In this document: positions 37,978 through 45,604 of the stretch, one piece after another
Layout of the letters: the number at the start of each line of letters is the position of its first letter
Numbering within the stretch: the first letter of the stretch is position 1
NCBI GenBank assembly: GCA_964607165.1
Contig: CAZSIT010000005.1
Span: forward strand, 13,492-77,491
Direction: 5' to 3'
Source: an uncultured Ignavibacteria bacterium
GTDB lineage: Bacteria > Zixibacteria > MSB-5A5 > DSPP01
Length of the DNA stretch: 64,000 bases
The notes under the pieces: generated by a model
The model's database searches: none
The model's input: the letters and a program-made list of their open reading frames with translations, nothing else
What the model was told of the DNA's origin: nothing
Made by a program: the position numbers and the translations under genes

Positions 37978-38336
37978 GGGGGCGATCGGTTTCGACGAGG
38001 ACAAGGAGAAAAAGCTGGCCTGTCGAGCACCCCGTAAGCTCGTTAATCTCGCGGGATACCATTAAGTGCGAACGATTACGTTGCACTGGCTGCCTAATAA
38101 AATAGCGTAGCCCGTTTGACCTGCGCATGCCCTTTGGCGTAGGATCAGGCGTCGACCAAAAGGGCTGGGTGGCCGGGTGTTCGGGACCGGCGGCCGAGGA
38201 GAACTCTCGAGCTGGTCCGGGCTTGAGCCCGCCTGCGGCATAAGTCCGGATGAATAAAAAAGAAAAAAGGCTACACAGGTAGATGGCTTTTTTGAATTTC
38301 CTTCGGACGCGGGTTCGATTCCCGCCGCCTCCACCA
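37978..38336 (+). ncRNA. ssrA: Transfer-messenger RNA (tmRNA, SsrA), standard one-piece. Its tag ORF encodes ANDYVALAA followed by two stop codons.
   Basis: The 5' end is GGGGGCG and the 3' end CGCCUCCACCA, forming an acceptor stem with a G3·U wobble, the Ala identity element. It has a tRNA-like T-arm GCGGGTTCGATTCCCGC. The tag reading frame GCG AAC GAT TAC GTT GCA CTG GCT GCC TAA TAA sits at 38068-38100. Confidence 0.85.
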
Positions 38337-38348
38337 ATTTCAACCACA

Positions 38349-38427
38349 TTTGAATTTCCTTCGGACGCGGGTTCGCCTGCCCGAGCCGGGGACCTCTGGC
38401 CACGGCCAGGGATTCCCCCCGCCTCCA
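38349..38427 (+). repeat. Direct repeat A: copy of the ssrA 3' end (T-arm plus acceptor). It carries a 39-nt insertion in the T-loop and lacks the CCA end.
   Basis: Positions 38349-38375 are identical to tmRNA 38290-38316. Then comes CCTGCCCGAGCCGGGGACCTCTGGCCACGGCCAGGGATT, then CCCCCGCCTCCA. Confidence 0.75.
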
Positions 38428-38431
38428 TTTT

Positions 38432-38701
38432 TTGAATATATTCCGGCCAATGCCATATTATTTTTATGTGTTGCAATCTTCAAAGGATGGTTCCCTTTAC
38501 AAAGGAAGTGCTGAAAATATTGAGATACGTTTAGCCCAGCACAATTCCGGAAAAACGAAAAGTTTGAAGCATCGAATTCCCTTCAAAATGGTTTACTTCG
38601 AAGAATTTTCGACCCGTGAGGAGGCTTTGGCACGGGAGAAGTGGTCGAAAAGTTTGCAGGGAGGCAAAGTTCTTCGCGAACTGTTAAGGGGAAAAATCTA
38701 A
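38432..38701 (+). CDS. GIY-YIG nuclease family protein (UPF0213/YhbQ-like).
   Basis: It has the GIY-YIG core YVLQSSKDGSLYKGSAENIEIRLAQHNSG plus a conserved Glu region (EEFSTREEALAREKW). The ORF exactly fills the space between direct repeats A and B, and it is AT-rich. Confidence 0.8.
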   Translation: MNIFRPMPYYFYVLQSSKDGSLYKGSAENIEIRLAQHNSGKTKSLKHRIPFKMVYFEEFSTREEALAREKWSKSLQGGKVLRELLRGKI

Positions 38702-38703
38702 TC

Positions 38704-38767
38704 GGATGCGGGTTCGCCTGCCCGAGCCGGGGCCTCGTGCCACGGCCAGGGATTCCCACCGCCTCCA
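38704..38767 (+). repeat. Direct repeat B: second ssrA-3'-end-like copy with the same 39-nt T-loop insertion.
   Basis: It is about 90% identical to repeat A. It starts 3 nt after the GIY-YIG stop and is followed at once by the GAGATTA heptad element (38775-38813). Confidence 0.75.
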
Positions 38768-38774
38768 TTTTAAT

Positions 38775-38813
38775 ACAGAGATTGGAGACTGGAGATTAGA
38801 GATTAGTAAAAAA
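38775..38813 (+). repeat. GAGATTA heptad-repeat trailer element (third copy).
   Basis: ACAGAGATTGGAGACTGGAGATTAGAGATTAGTAAAAAA is about 90% identical to 36236-36273. Confidence 0.7.
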
Positions 38814-38920
38814 CCGAATCGTCACTTTTTATTTGGTAGTGGCAACCTTTAGGTTTCCATATCTTGATTTTATGCTGACACATATGAAAAAACGAAAAGA
38901 GAGATGAGGCGGGTGATGGT

Positions 38921-40117
38921 ATGTCCTTGACAGATATTTGGTTGAAGTCTCGAAATCAGCTTGAAGAAAAACACATCCAACAAATAATTTCCTTTTCGGG
39001 GGACGGACAACTTAAGGATGGAAGCAAAGCGTCGGACGAATTCCGAAGTTTTCTTTCAAATGTACCCTCGATTTTTCTTCGCCGATATGCAGATCAATGT
39101 CTGCAAAATTCGTTTAACAATTCAGGACTTGTACTTCAAGATATTATTAATCAAGTTGGACGACGCTTAGGTTTCAAAGTTACGGATGGCAGGTATCGTG
39201 GCACTGTCGGCCAAATTGGATATGATGGTATATGGGACTTTCCTTTAGAGCATTCGGTAATTGTGGAGGTTAAAACAACCGATGCATACCGAATTGATCT
39301 GGACACCATTGCTCAATACCGGCGGACTTTAATTGATAATGGAACGATTTCAAAAGAGAATTCATCAATTCTAATCATTGTTGGTCGTGGCGACACTGGG
39401 GACTTAGAAGCTCAGATTAGAGGGTCACGTCATGCGTGGGACGTTAGACTAATCAGCATTGACGCGCTCATGAGATTGTTGGCATTAAAAGAAGCCGTTG
39501 AAGACCCGAAAATTATTAACAGAATCCATGCAATATTGATTCCGAGAGAGTTTACTAAACTTGACGAGATAATTGAGGTTGTGTTTTCCACTGCTGAAGA
39601 TGTGAAACAAGAGGAAGTAGAAAAAGTAGACGTTCAGGATAAACTCACTACGAAAACGGATACTCCGGTCTCATTCCACGAAGCGTGCATTGACCGTATA
39701 CAAAAACATTTGAAATGCTCTCTTGTCAAGCGTTCTCGCGCTTCATTTTCATCGGCGGACGGCTCACTTGCTTTGATCTGTGCTATTTCAAAAACCTACG
39801 ATAAAGATACTCGAATGGTGTTTTGGTTTGCTTTTCACCCTCACCAAAGGGAATTCTTAGAGCATGCAAAACAAGGCTTCGTTGCGTTCGGGTGCGGATC
39901 AGTGGAAACCTTGTTATTAATACCGGCGCCAGAGTTTTTGCCATGGTTAGATGGAATGAACATAACTGAACTTGAAAACAAAAAATATTATTGGCATGTC
40001 CATATTTTCTATGAAAATGGAAAGTTCAGTCTTTATAGAAAGAAGGGGGCAAAGCAATTTGATTTAACGAAATTTTTGATTCCCGGCGAATCAAGTGCAA
40101 AACGACCCAATAAATAA
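38921..40117 (+). CDS. Hypothetical 398-aa protein. It has an Mrr-cat-like PD-(D/E)xK nuclease motif in the N-terminal half and an uncharacterised C-terminal domain.
   Basis: GQIGYDGIWDF...VIVEVKTT fits the D...(D/E)xK pattern of Mrr-type restriction endonuclease cores. The C-terminal 200 aa (..FWFAFHPHQREF...YYWHVHIFYENG..) match nothing I recognise. The gene is strongly AT-rich relative to its flanks and has an upstream GAGG RBS. Confidence 0.5.
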   Translation: MSLTDIWLKSRNQLEEKHIQQIISFSGDGQLKDGSKASDEFRSFLSNVPSIFLRRYADQCLQNSFNNSGLVLQDIINQVGRRLGFKVTDGRYRGTVGQIGYDGIWDFPLEHSVIVEVKTTDAYRIDLDTIAQYRRTLIDNGTISKENSSILIIVGRGDTGDLEAQIRGSRHAWDVRLISIDALMRLLALKEAVEDPKIINRIHAILIPREFTKLDEIIEVVFSTAEDVKQEEVEKVDVQDKLTTKTDTPVSFHEACIDRIQKHLKCSLVKRSRASFSSADGSLALICAISKTYDKDTRMVFWFAFHPHQREFLEHAKQGFVAFGCGSVETLLLIPAPEFLPWLDGMNITELENKKYYWHVHIFYENGKFSLYRKKGAKQFDLTKFLIPGESSAKRPNK

Positions 40118-40257
40118 AACTTTCTCTATAAACAACGCGAAGAATTGGCAGCTTTAGAGCAAGCAAAAATGTGAACCGCCCCGATGACAGTCACAGTAGA
40201 AGAGGGAGCCCAAAATGTTCACTACCCTGATAACCATCACTTATAAGGAGGTAAAAT

Positions 40258-41076
40258 ATGACTGAATTGACACCCGAAATGGAATCCCTCAAAACCAAGC
40301 TAAAAGCCACCTGGATGGCGGGAGATTTTGGGCAGATTGCCAAATCGATAGAGGATGGGGCGGCGGAGTTCATCACCCGCCTGCAAATTCCTAAAGGTGC
40401 CAAAGTGCTGGACGTGGCCTGCGGCACCGGAAATTTGGCCGTCCCGGCGGCGCGGGCAGGCGCGGTTGTAACCGGTCTCGATTTCGCAACCAACCTCGTC
40501 GAGCAAGCGCGCGTGCGGGCTAAAGCGGAAGGGTTGAACATCGAGTACCACGAAGGGGATGCGGAAGCGATGCCTTATACGGATGGCTCCTTCGACGTGG
40601 TGGTTACGATGTTTGGCGCGATGTTCTGCCCGCGGCCCGAGCGGGCGGCGGCGGAACTCATTCGCGTTTGCAAGCCGGGCGGGCAGATTGCAATGGCCAA
40701 CTGGACGCCTGCGGGATTCGCGGGCCAGATGTTCAAACTTTCCGGAATGTACGCCCCGCCCCCTCCCGGAATGCACCCGCCGGTTTTGTGGGGGGATGAA
40801 GAGACCGTGAAAGAACGCTTGCGCGAAGGAATCGGGGATTTGAAGTTCACCAAGCGAATGATGATTATCAAATATTCTTTCGGCCCGGCAGAAGTCGTCG
40901 AGCATTTCATCCGCTACTTTGGCCCAACCAAAAAGGCCTACGAATCGCTGGATGCGAGGGGGCAACAAGCGTATCGGGAAGATATGGTGAAGCTCTGGTC
41001 GCAACACAACCGCGCCACCGGCGGCAGCACGCGCGTGGAAGGAGAATATCTCGAAGCAATCGCAGTGCGGGGTTGA
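40258..41076 (+). CDS. Class I SAM-dependent methyltransferase.
   Basis: It has SAM-binding motif I (VLDVACGTGNLA) and a strong AAGGAGGT RBS. Confidence 0.8.
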   Translation: MTELTPEMESLKTKLKATWMAGDFGQIAKSIEDGAAEFITRLQIPKGAKVLDVACGTGNLAVPAARAGAVVTGLDFATNLVEQARVRAKAEGLNIEYHEGDAEAMPYTDGSFDVVVTMFGAMFCPRPERAAAELIRVCKPGGQIAMANWTPAGFAGQMFKLSGMYAPPPPGMHPPVLWGDEETVKERLREGIGDLKFTKRMMIIKYSFGPAEVVEHFIRYFGPTKKAYESLDARGQQAYREDMVKLWSQHNRATGGSTRVEGEYLEAIAVRG

Positions 41077-41132
41077 TGGCGGGTCTACGGCATCATCAAA
41101 AACCCGCATTTCAAGCTGGAGAAATGAAATAA

Positions 41133-41588
41133 TTGGCAAAGATTACTTTAAAGGAGGTAACGAAGGAAAATTGGCTGGAAGCGATTAAGCTCGCTGTTCA
41201 CCCGGAACAAGAACGTTTTGTTCCTTCGGTGGCAATTTCTCTGGCAAAGGCTTACATCAAACCGGAAGGCGAGACGGTAACGCCGTATGCCATTTACGCC
41301 GAAGGAAAGATGGTGGGTTTTTTCACCTATACTTACACCCCTGAAAGCGCCGACAACTACTGGATTGGAGGGTTTTTAATCGACAGGGCCCTTCAAGGTC
41401 AGGGATATGGCAAAACAGCGATGAGAGATATTATGGAGCAAATACCAAAACTCTTTCCGAAATGCCGGAAGGTCGGCCTGACCGTGCATCCCGATAATCA
41501 TCCGGCCCAAAAACTTTACAAAGGTTTCGGCTTTAAGGACACCGGTCGGATTTACGAAGGGGAAATTGTCTATCGTTTGGAGTTATGA
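41133..41588 (+). CDS. GNAT family N-acetyltransferase.
   Basis: It has GNAT motif A (RALQGQGYGKTAM). Confidence 0.8.
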   Translation: MAKITLKEVTKENWLEAIKLAVHPEQERFVPSVAISLAKAYIKPEGETVTPYAIYAEGKMVGFFTYTYTPESADNYWIGGFLIDRALQGQGYGKTAMRDIMEQIPKLFPKCRKVGLTVHPDNHPAQKLYKGFGFKDTGRIYEGEIVYRLEL

Positions 41589-42574
41589 TAAAATACGTTC
41601 ATTCTGCGCAGGGAATTGAAGTCAAGCAGCTGCAAGGTTTCTTTGAAGGCTGGCCCAACCCGCCTTCAACCGAAACTTTTTTAAGAATTCTCGCCGAAAG
41701 CGATGAAGTTGTTTTGGCTGTGGATGAAGAATCCGAAAAGGCCGTTGGATTTATCACGGCCATAACCGATGGGGTTTTGTCTGCCTACGTCCCTTTTCTT
41801 GAGGTTTTGCCCACTTTTCAAAAGAAAGGAGTCGGCAGTGAATTGGTGCGTCGAATGCTGGCTCGGCTGAAAGATTTTTATATGATAGATTTGACTTGCG
41901 ACCCGGACAAGCAACCCTTTTACGCATCGCTTGGGATGAAACCGGCCACGGGAATGATGATACGCAATTACGAACGGCAGTCGGGGGCATTGTTTTCCAA
42001 TTCTGCTGAACAGAAATTCAAAAAATTGGAAACGCAAAGATTAATTATAAGGCGCTTTCAAAATTCTGACCTTGCCGCCATTTTTGCTTACCGAAACGAC
42101 CCGGAGGTGGCCCGCTATCAAAGATTCGGTTCGGTTAGCGAAGCGCAGCTGTCCGTTTTAATCCAAGGGCAGCAGTCGATAGAGCCGGGCACGCCGGGGC
42201 AATGGTTTCAATTTGCCATCGCGTTGAAGGAAACCGGAGAGCTTATCGGCGATTGCGCTTTGCGAATGGATAAAGAAGATACCGGGCGGGCGGAAGTCGG
42301 TTTTACCCTTTCCCGTCCGTATCAGGGCAAGGGGTTTGCAACCGAGGCGGTTACTTGCGTTCTGGATTATGCTTTTGCCGAACTCGGGCTCGAGCGCATT
42401 TTCGCCCTTACGGACTGCGAAAACCAGCCCTCCATTGCTTTATTGGAACGGCTGGATATGTTGCGGGAAGGCCATCTGCTCAAGAATTTCTTATGGAAAG
42501 GGGAAAGGCGGGATGAGTATCGGTATGCTATCTTGAAAGATGAATGGCTGCAGAAAAGAAAAGGGAAGAATTAG
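41585..42574 (+). CDS. Tandem GNAT acetyltransferase: an N-terminal GNAT domain plus a C-terminal RimJ/RimL-like GNAT domain.
   Basis: It has two motif-A regions (QKKGVGSELV and QGKGFATEAV). The second half begins LETQRLIIRRF, typical of Acetyltransf_3. Confidence 0.75.
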   Translation: MIKYVHSAQGIEVKQLQGFFEGWPNPPSTETFLRILAESDEVVLAVDEESEKAVGFITAITDGVLSAYVPFLEVLPTFQKKGVGSELVRRMLARLKDFYMIDLTCDPDKQPFYASLGMKPATGMMIRNYERQSGALFSNSAEQKFKKLETQRLIIRRFQNSDLAAIFAYRNDPEVARYQRFGSVSEAQLSVLIQGQQSIEPGTPGQWFQFAIALKETGELIGDCALRMDKEDTGRAEVGFTLSRPYQGKGFATEAVTCVLDYAFAELGLERIFALTDCENQPSIALLERLDMLREGHLLKNFLWKGERRDEYRYAILKDEWLQKRKGKN

Positions 42575-42650
42575 ATGGGGTTGAAAATCTGACAAGTCGA
42601 TGCCTTCACGGACAAGCCGTTCGCCGGAAATCAACTGACAGGATGTTAAC
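42575..42650 (+). pseudogene. 5' fragment of a PhzF-family gene with an in-frame stop (MGLKI*QVDAFTDKPFAGNQ..).
   Basis: It parallels the start of the intact PhzF gene at 43597 (MRLKIYQVDAFTDRPFAGNP..), with TGA in place of the Tyr codon, and is then truncated. Confidence 0.6.
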
Positions 42651-42734
42651 CGGTCAGGGCTGCATTTTTGGGTTTTCCGGCGGTTCGTGTAGTAAGCGGA
42701 ACGAAGCCCTGCAAGTGGCCAGCATAATAAAACG

Positions 42735-43529
42735 ATGGCGGATGTAGCCACAAACCTTACTCAAGTTCTCACCCTGTACGATAAAGAACGCCAGGAGGCA
42801 GCGCCTGCTGGCATCAGGCGGGAAGCAACCCCGAATATTGTCCTGCTTATCGATCTTGCCGGCAGGGAAAGCACGGTCATTTACACTCGTCTTACCAGCG
42901 AGAACGTTGAAAGCACAATCCGCGGGGAAATAGAGTATTTCGAAAATATGGGGCAGGATTTTGAATGGAAAGTCTTTGCGCACGATACGCCGGCTGACCT
43001 GAAGGCCCGCCTGATAGCCCAGGGTTTTGAGGCCGAAGAGCCGGAAGCTATTTTGGTGCTCGATTTGCAGGAAATGCCAGAGACCCTGTTGCCGCCGGTT
43101 TCCCGGGACGTGCGGCGCATTGCCGACCCGGGCAAAATTAACGATGTTCTCACCGTGCTGGAAGAGGTATGGAAGGAAGACCGCAGCTGGCTGACCCGGC
43201 GATTGGCCGCAGAATTGCGCACTATTCCGGAGTATCTCAGCGTCTACGTGGCCTACGCGGATGGAGCGCCGGTCAGCACGGCTTGGATATATTTTCCCAG
43301 GCGGGGCCCGTTCGCCAGCCTGTTTGGAGGTTCAACTCTTCCCGCCTACCGCAAGCGCGGCCTTTATACGGCCTTGCTGGCCGTGCGTGCCCAAGAAGCG
43401 CATCGTCGGGGGGTGCGTTTTCTGACGGTGGATGCACAAGCGATGAGCCGTCCAATTCTGGAGAAATTCGATTTTCAACTGTTGACTTGGGCCTGTGCCT
43501 GCACGTGGCGCGTTAACCGTCCGCGTTGA
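42735..43529 (+). CDS. GNAT family acetyltransferase with an N-terminal accessory domain.
   Basis: It has C-terminal GNAT motif A (YRKRGLYTALLA). Confidence 0.65.
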   Translation: MADVATNLTQVLTLYDKERQEAAPAGIRREATPNIVLLIDLAGRESTVIYTRLTSENVESTIRGEIEYFENMGQDFEWKVFAHDTPADLKARLIAQGFEAEEPEAILVLDLQEMPETLLPPVSRDVRRIADPGKINDVLTVLEEVWKEDRSWLTRRLAAELRTIPEYLSVYVAYADGAPVSTAWIYFPRRGPFASLFGGSTLPAYRKRGLYTALLAVRAQEAHRRGVRFLTVDAQAMSRPILEKFDFQLLTWACACTWRVNRPR

Positions 43530-43596
43530 AAATGTCAAACATTACCATAAAGGTGCTGACCAAAGAAATTCGCCTGGAAGCGCTTATTCTTTTGGA

Positions 43597-44391
43597 ATGA
43601 GACTGAAAATTTATCAAGTGGACGCCTTCACCGACCGGCCGTTCGCCGGAAATCCGGCGGGGGTCTGCATTCTTCCTCAAGCAGGAGATGAAAAGTGGAT
43701 GCGGGATGTGGCGCGGGAGATGAACGTAGCAGAGACCGCTTTTTTAGTCAAACAAAGCGACGGCTACAACCTGCGCTGGTTTACGCCTGCCGTCGAGGTT
43801 GACCTGTGCGGCCACGCCACGCTCGCCTCGGCACATATTTTGTGGGAAACGGGGCAGCTGCCTTCTAATCAACAGGCGAAATTTCATACCAAAAGCGGGC
43901 TTTTGACGGCGGCGCAGAAAGGAAAACATATCGAAATGGATTTTCCGGCGACTCCCGCAGAACCAATAAATCCTCCGGACGGCTTGTTAGGGGCTCTGGG
44001 GGTAGCCCCGGCGTATGTCGGGAAAAATCGGTTTGACTATTTAGTAGAGGTTGATTCCGAAAAAACCGTTCGCGATTTGAAACCAGATTTTCGGTTGATT
44101 AAAGAGCTGGGTGGACGGGGAGTAATCGTCACCAGCCGTTCCGCTTCTGCGCAATATGATTTTGTCTCCCGTTTCTTTGCTCCCGCGGCGGGGATTGACG
44201 AAGACCCGGTGACCGGCTCGGCGCATTGCACGCTGGGGCCATATTGGTCTAAAAAACTGGAGAAAAACGAGATGATTGCTTACCAAGCATCATTTCGTGG
44301 AGGAGTGGTGCAGGTTCGGGTTAGCGGCGACCGGGTGTTTCTGGGTGGGCAAGCGGTGACGGTTTTGCAGGCGGAACTTATTGGAGTTTGA
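43597..44391 (+). CDS. PhzF-family (DAP-epimerase fold) isomerase.
   Basis: It has the PhzF N-terminus KIYQVDAFTDRPFAGNPAGVC and a C-terminal GSAHC motif. Confidence 0.85.
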   Translation: MRLKIYQVDAFTDRPFAGNPAGVCILPQAGDEKWMRDVAREMNVAETAFLVKQSDGYNLRWFTPAVEVDLCGHATLASAHILWETGQLPSNQQAKFHTKSGLLTAAQKGKHIEMDFPATPAEPINPPDGLLGALGVAPAYVGKNRFDYLVEVDSEKTVRDLKPDFRLIKELGGRGVIVTSRSASAQYDFVSRFFAPAAGIDEDPVTGSAHCTLGPYWSKKLEKNEMIAYQASFRGGVVQVRVSGDRVFLGGQAVTVLQAELIGV

Positions 44392-44738
44392 TAGTGGATA
44401 GCTTAGAAAAAAATTATCGAGTTGCTTTTGAAGAAGCGCTGGCGAAACTGCCGACTGCAGAGGGAAAACGGTTTGCCAACGTCTTTATGCGCGGGGATTT
44501 GGCGGTGGAAATTTATGCTCCGCGCGGAAGCGACCCGCAAAAACCGCACAGCCGGGACGAAATTTACCTCGTAGCGCGGGGCAAGGGGTTTTACCTTTGT
44601 GGAGAAACGCGCCAGCCGTTCGCTCCCGGCGATTTTCTATTCGCTCCGGCCGGAATCGTTCACCGGTTTGAAGATTTTAGCGATGATTTTGCCGTGTGGG
44701 TCATCTTTTTTGGGCCGGAAGGAGGGATGTCGGCTTGA
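44388..44738 (+). CDS. Cupin domain protein.
   Basis: It is small and has a G(X)5HXH...E-like cupin signature region (FAPAGIVHRFEDF). Confidence 0.7.
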   Translation: MIVDSLEKNYRVAFEEALAKLPTAEGKRFANVFMRGDLAVEIYAPRGSDPQKPHSRDEIYLVARGKGFYLCGETRQPFAPGDFLFAPAGIVHRFEDFSDDFAVWVIFFGPEGGMSA

Positions 44739-44829
44739 CGGTTAAAACGGTTGACTGTAACGCCTGTTTTTTTACGGTTAAAATAAAAAAGAAAAATATA
44801 GCACCGGTCTCGGTGAAAGGAGGAGGGAT

Positions 44830-45045
44830 ATGAATACGTTCAAGTGGCTGGTTGCCCTAATCTTGCTGGCTCTCGGCGCCATTGCCATTTTTCAAAATAT
44901 GGAAACGGTATCAATCAAGTTTCTGATTTATACGGTTTCCATCTCGCGGGCGCTATTGATTTTGGGTTCTATTTTGGTGGGAGTGATTTTGGGGATGTTA
45001 TATGCCAACACGCTATTAAAACGGCGGGAGCAGAAAAAGAAGTAA
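44830..45045 (+). CDS. LapA/DUF1049-like small inner-membrane protein.
   Basis: It has two TM helices, a basic C-terminal tail and a strong AAAGGAGGAGGG RBS. Confidence 0.5.
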   Translation: MNTFKWLVALILLALGAIAIFQNMETVSIKFLIYTVSISRALLILGSILVGVILGMLYANTLLKRREQKKK

Positions 45046-45174
45046 TTTATGACTTCGACAACTTAAAAAAAAACGGTTGCCTTTGGAAACCGCTTTGGTT
45101 TTCTTGTGTATCATAAATGGTAGGCCGGCAGAGTGCCGTCCTTTTGAAAAACTTTAACTTTTTTAGGAGGTTTT

Positions 45175-45546
45175 ATGGATGCTCCCGTAGTTCATTTTGA
45201 AATCCCGGCCAAAAATCCGGAAACGCTCTCCGGTTTTTATACCGGCATTTTCGGCTGGAAAATCGAAAAGGTTCCTGGTATGGATTATTGGATGGTTAAT
45301 ACCAAATCCACGCAGGAAGCGCCCGGCATCAACGGCGGATTGATGAAGAAAATGTCCGACCAGCACGTTCCCACCAACTACGTCAACGTCACCTCCGTGG
45401 ACGACTGGAGCAAAAAGGTGAAGGAGGCAGGCGGGATGGTGGTAATGCCCAAAAAGGCGGTGCCTTCAATGGGGCATTTTGCTGTCTGTTTAGACCCGGA
45501 AGGGAACTGCTTTGGGCTCTGGCAAGATGACCCAAGCGCCAAGTAA
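45175..45546 (+). CDS. VOC (glyoxalase/bleomycin-resistance/dioxygenase) family protein.
   Basis: VHFEIPAKNPETLSGFYTGIFGW is the VOC N-terminal beta-alpha-beta-beta-beta module. Confidence 0.75.
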   Translation: MDAPVVHFEIPAKNPETLSGFYTGIFGWKIEKVPGMDYWMVNTKSTQEAPGINGGLMKKMSDQHVPTNYVNVTSVDDWSKKVKEAGGMVVMPKKAVPSMGHFAVCLDPEGNCFGLWQDDPSAK

Positions 45547-45560
45547 TTTTTCCACCCTTC

Positions 45561-45593
45561 AAGCCCCTTCCTTGTGGAAGGGGCTTTTTTTTT
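45561..45593 (+). terminator. Rho-independent terminator (AAGCCCCTTCC-ttgt-GGAAGGGGCTT plus T9).
   Basis: A perfect 11-bp stem is followed by a long T tract 15 nt after the VOC stop. Confidence 0.7.
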
Positions 45594-45604
45594 GTTGACT
45601 TTGA

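Noticed and set aside
37978-38336. A third tRNA (tRNA-Ala-like acceptor and T-arm) next to the two tRNA-Lys genes.
   Set aside because: The 5' and 3' ends pair as a tRNA-like domain, but they are 360 nt apart and enclose a tag-peptide ORF (ANDYVALAA-stop-stop). This is tmRNA, not a tRNA.
38337-40150. Integrase or transposase searched for within the ssrA-adjacent islet.
   Set aside because: Neither the GIY-YIG protein nor the 398-aa protein shows tyrosine-recombinase (R..HxxR..Y), serine-recombinase or DDE motifs. The islet is reported without a recombinase rather than having one assigned.
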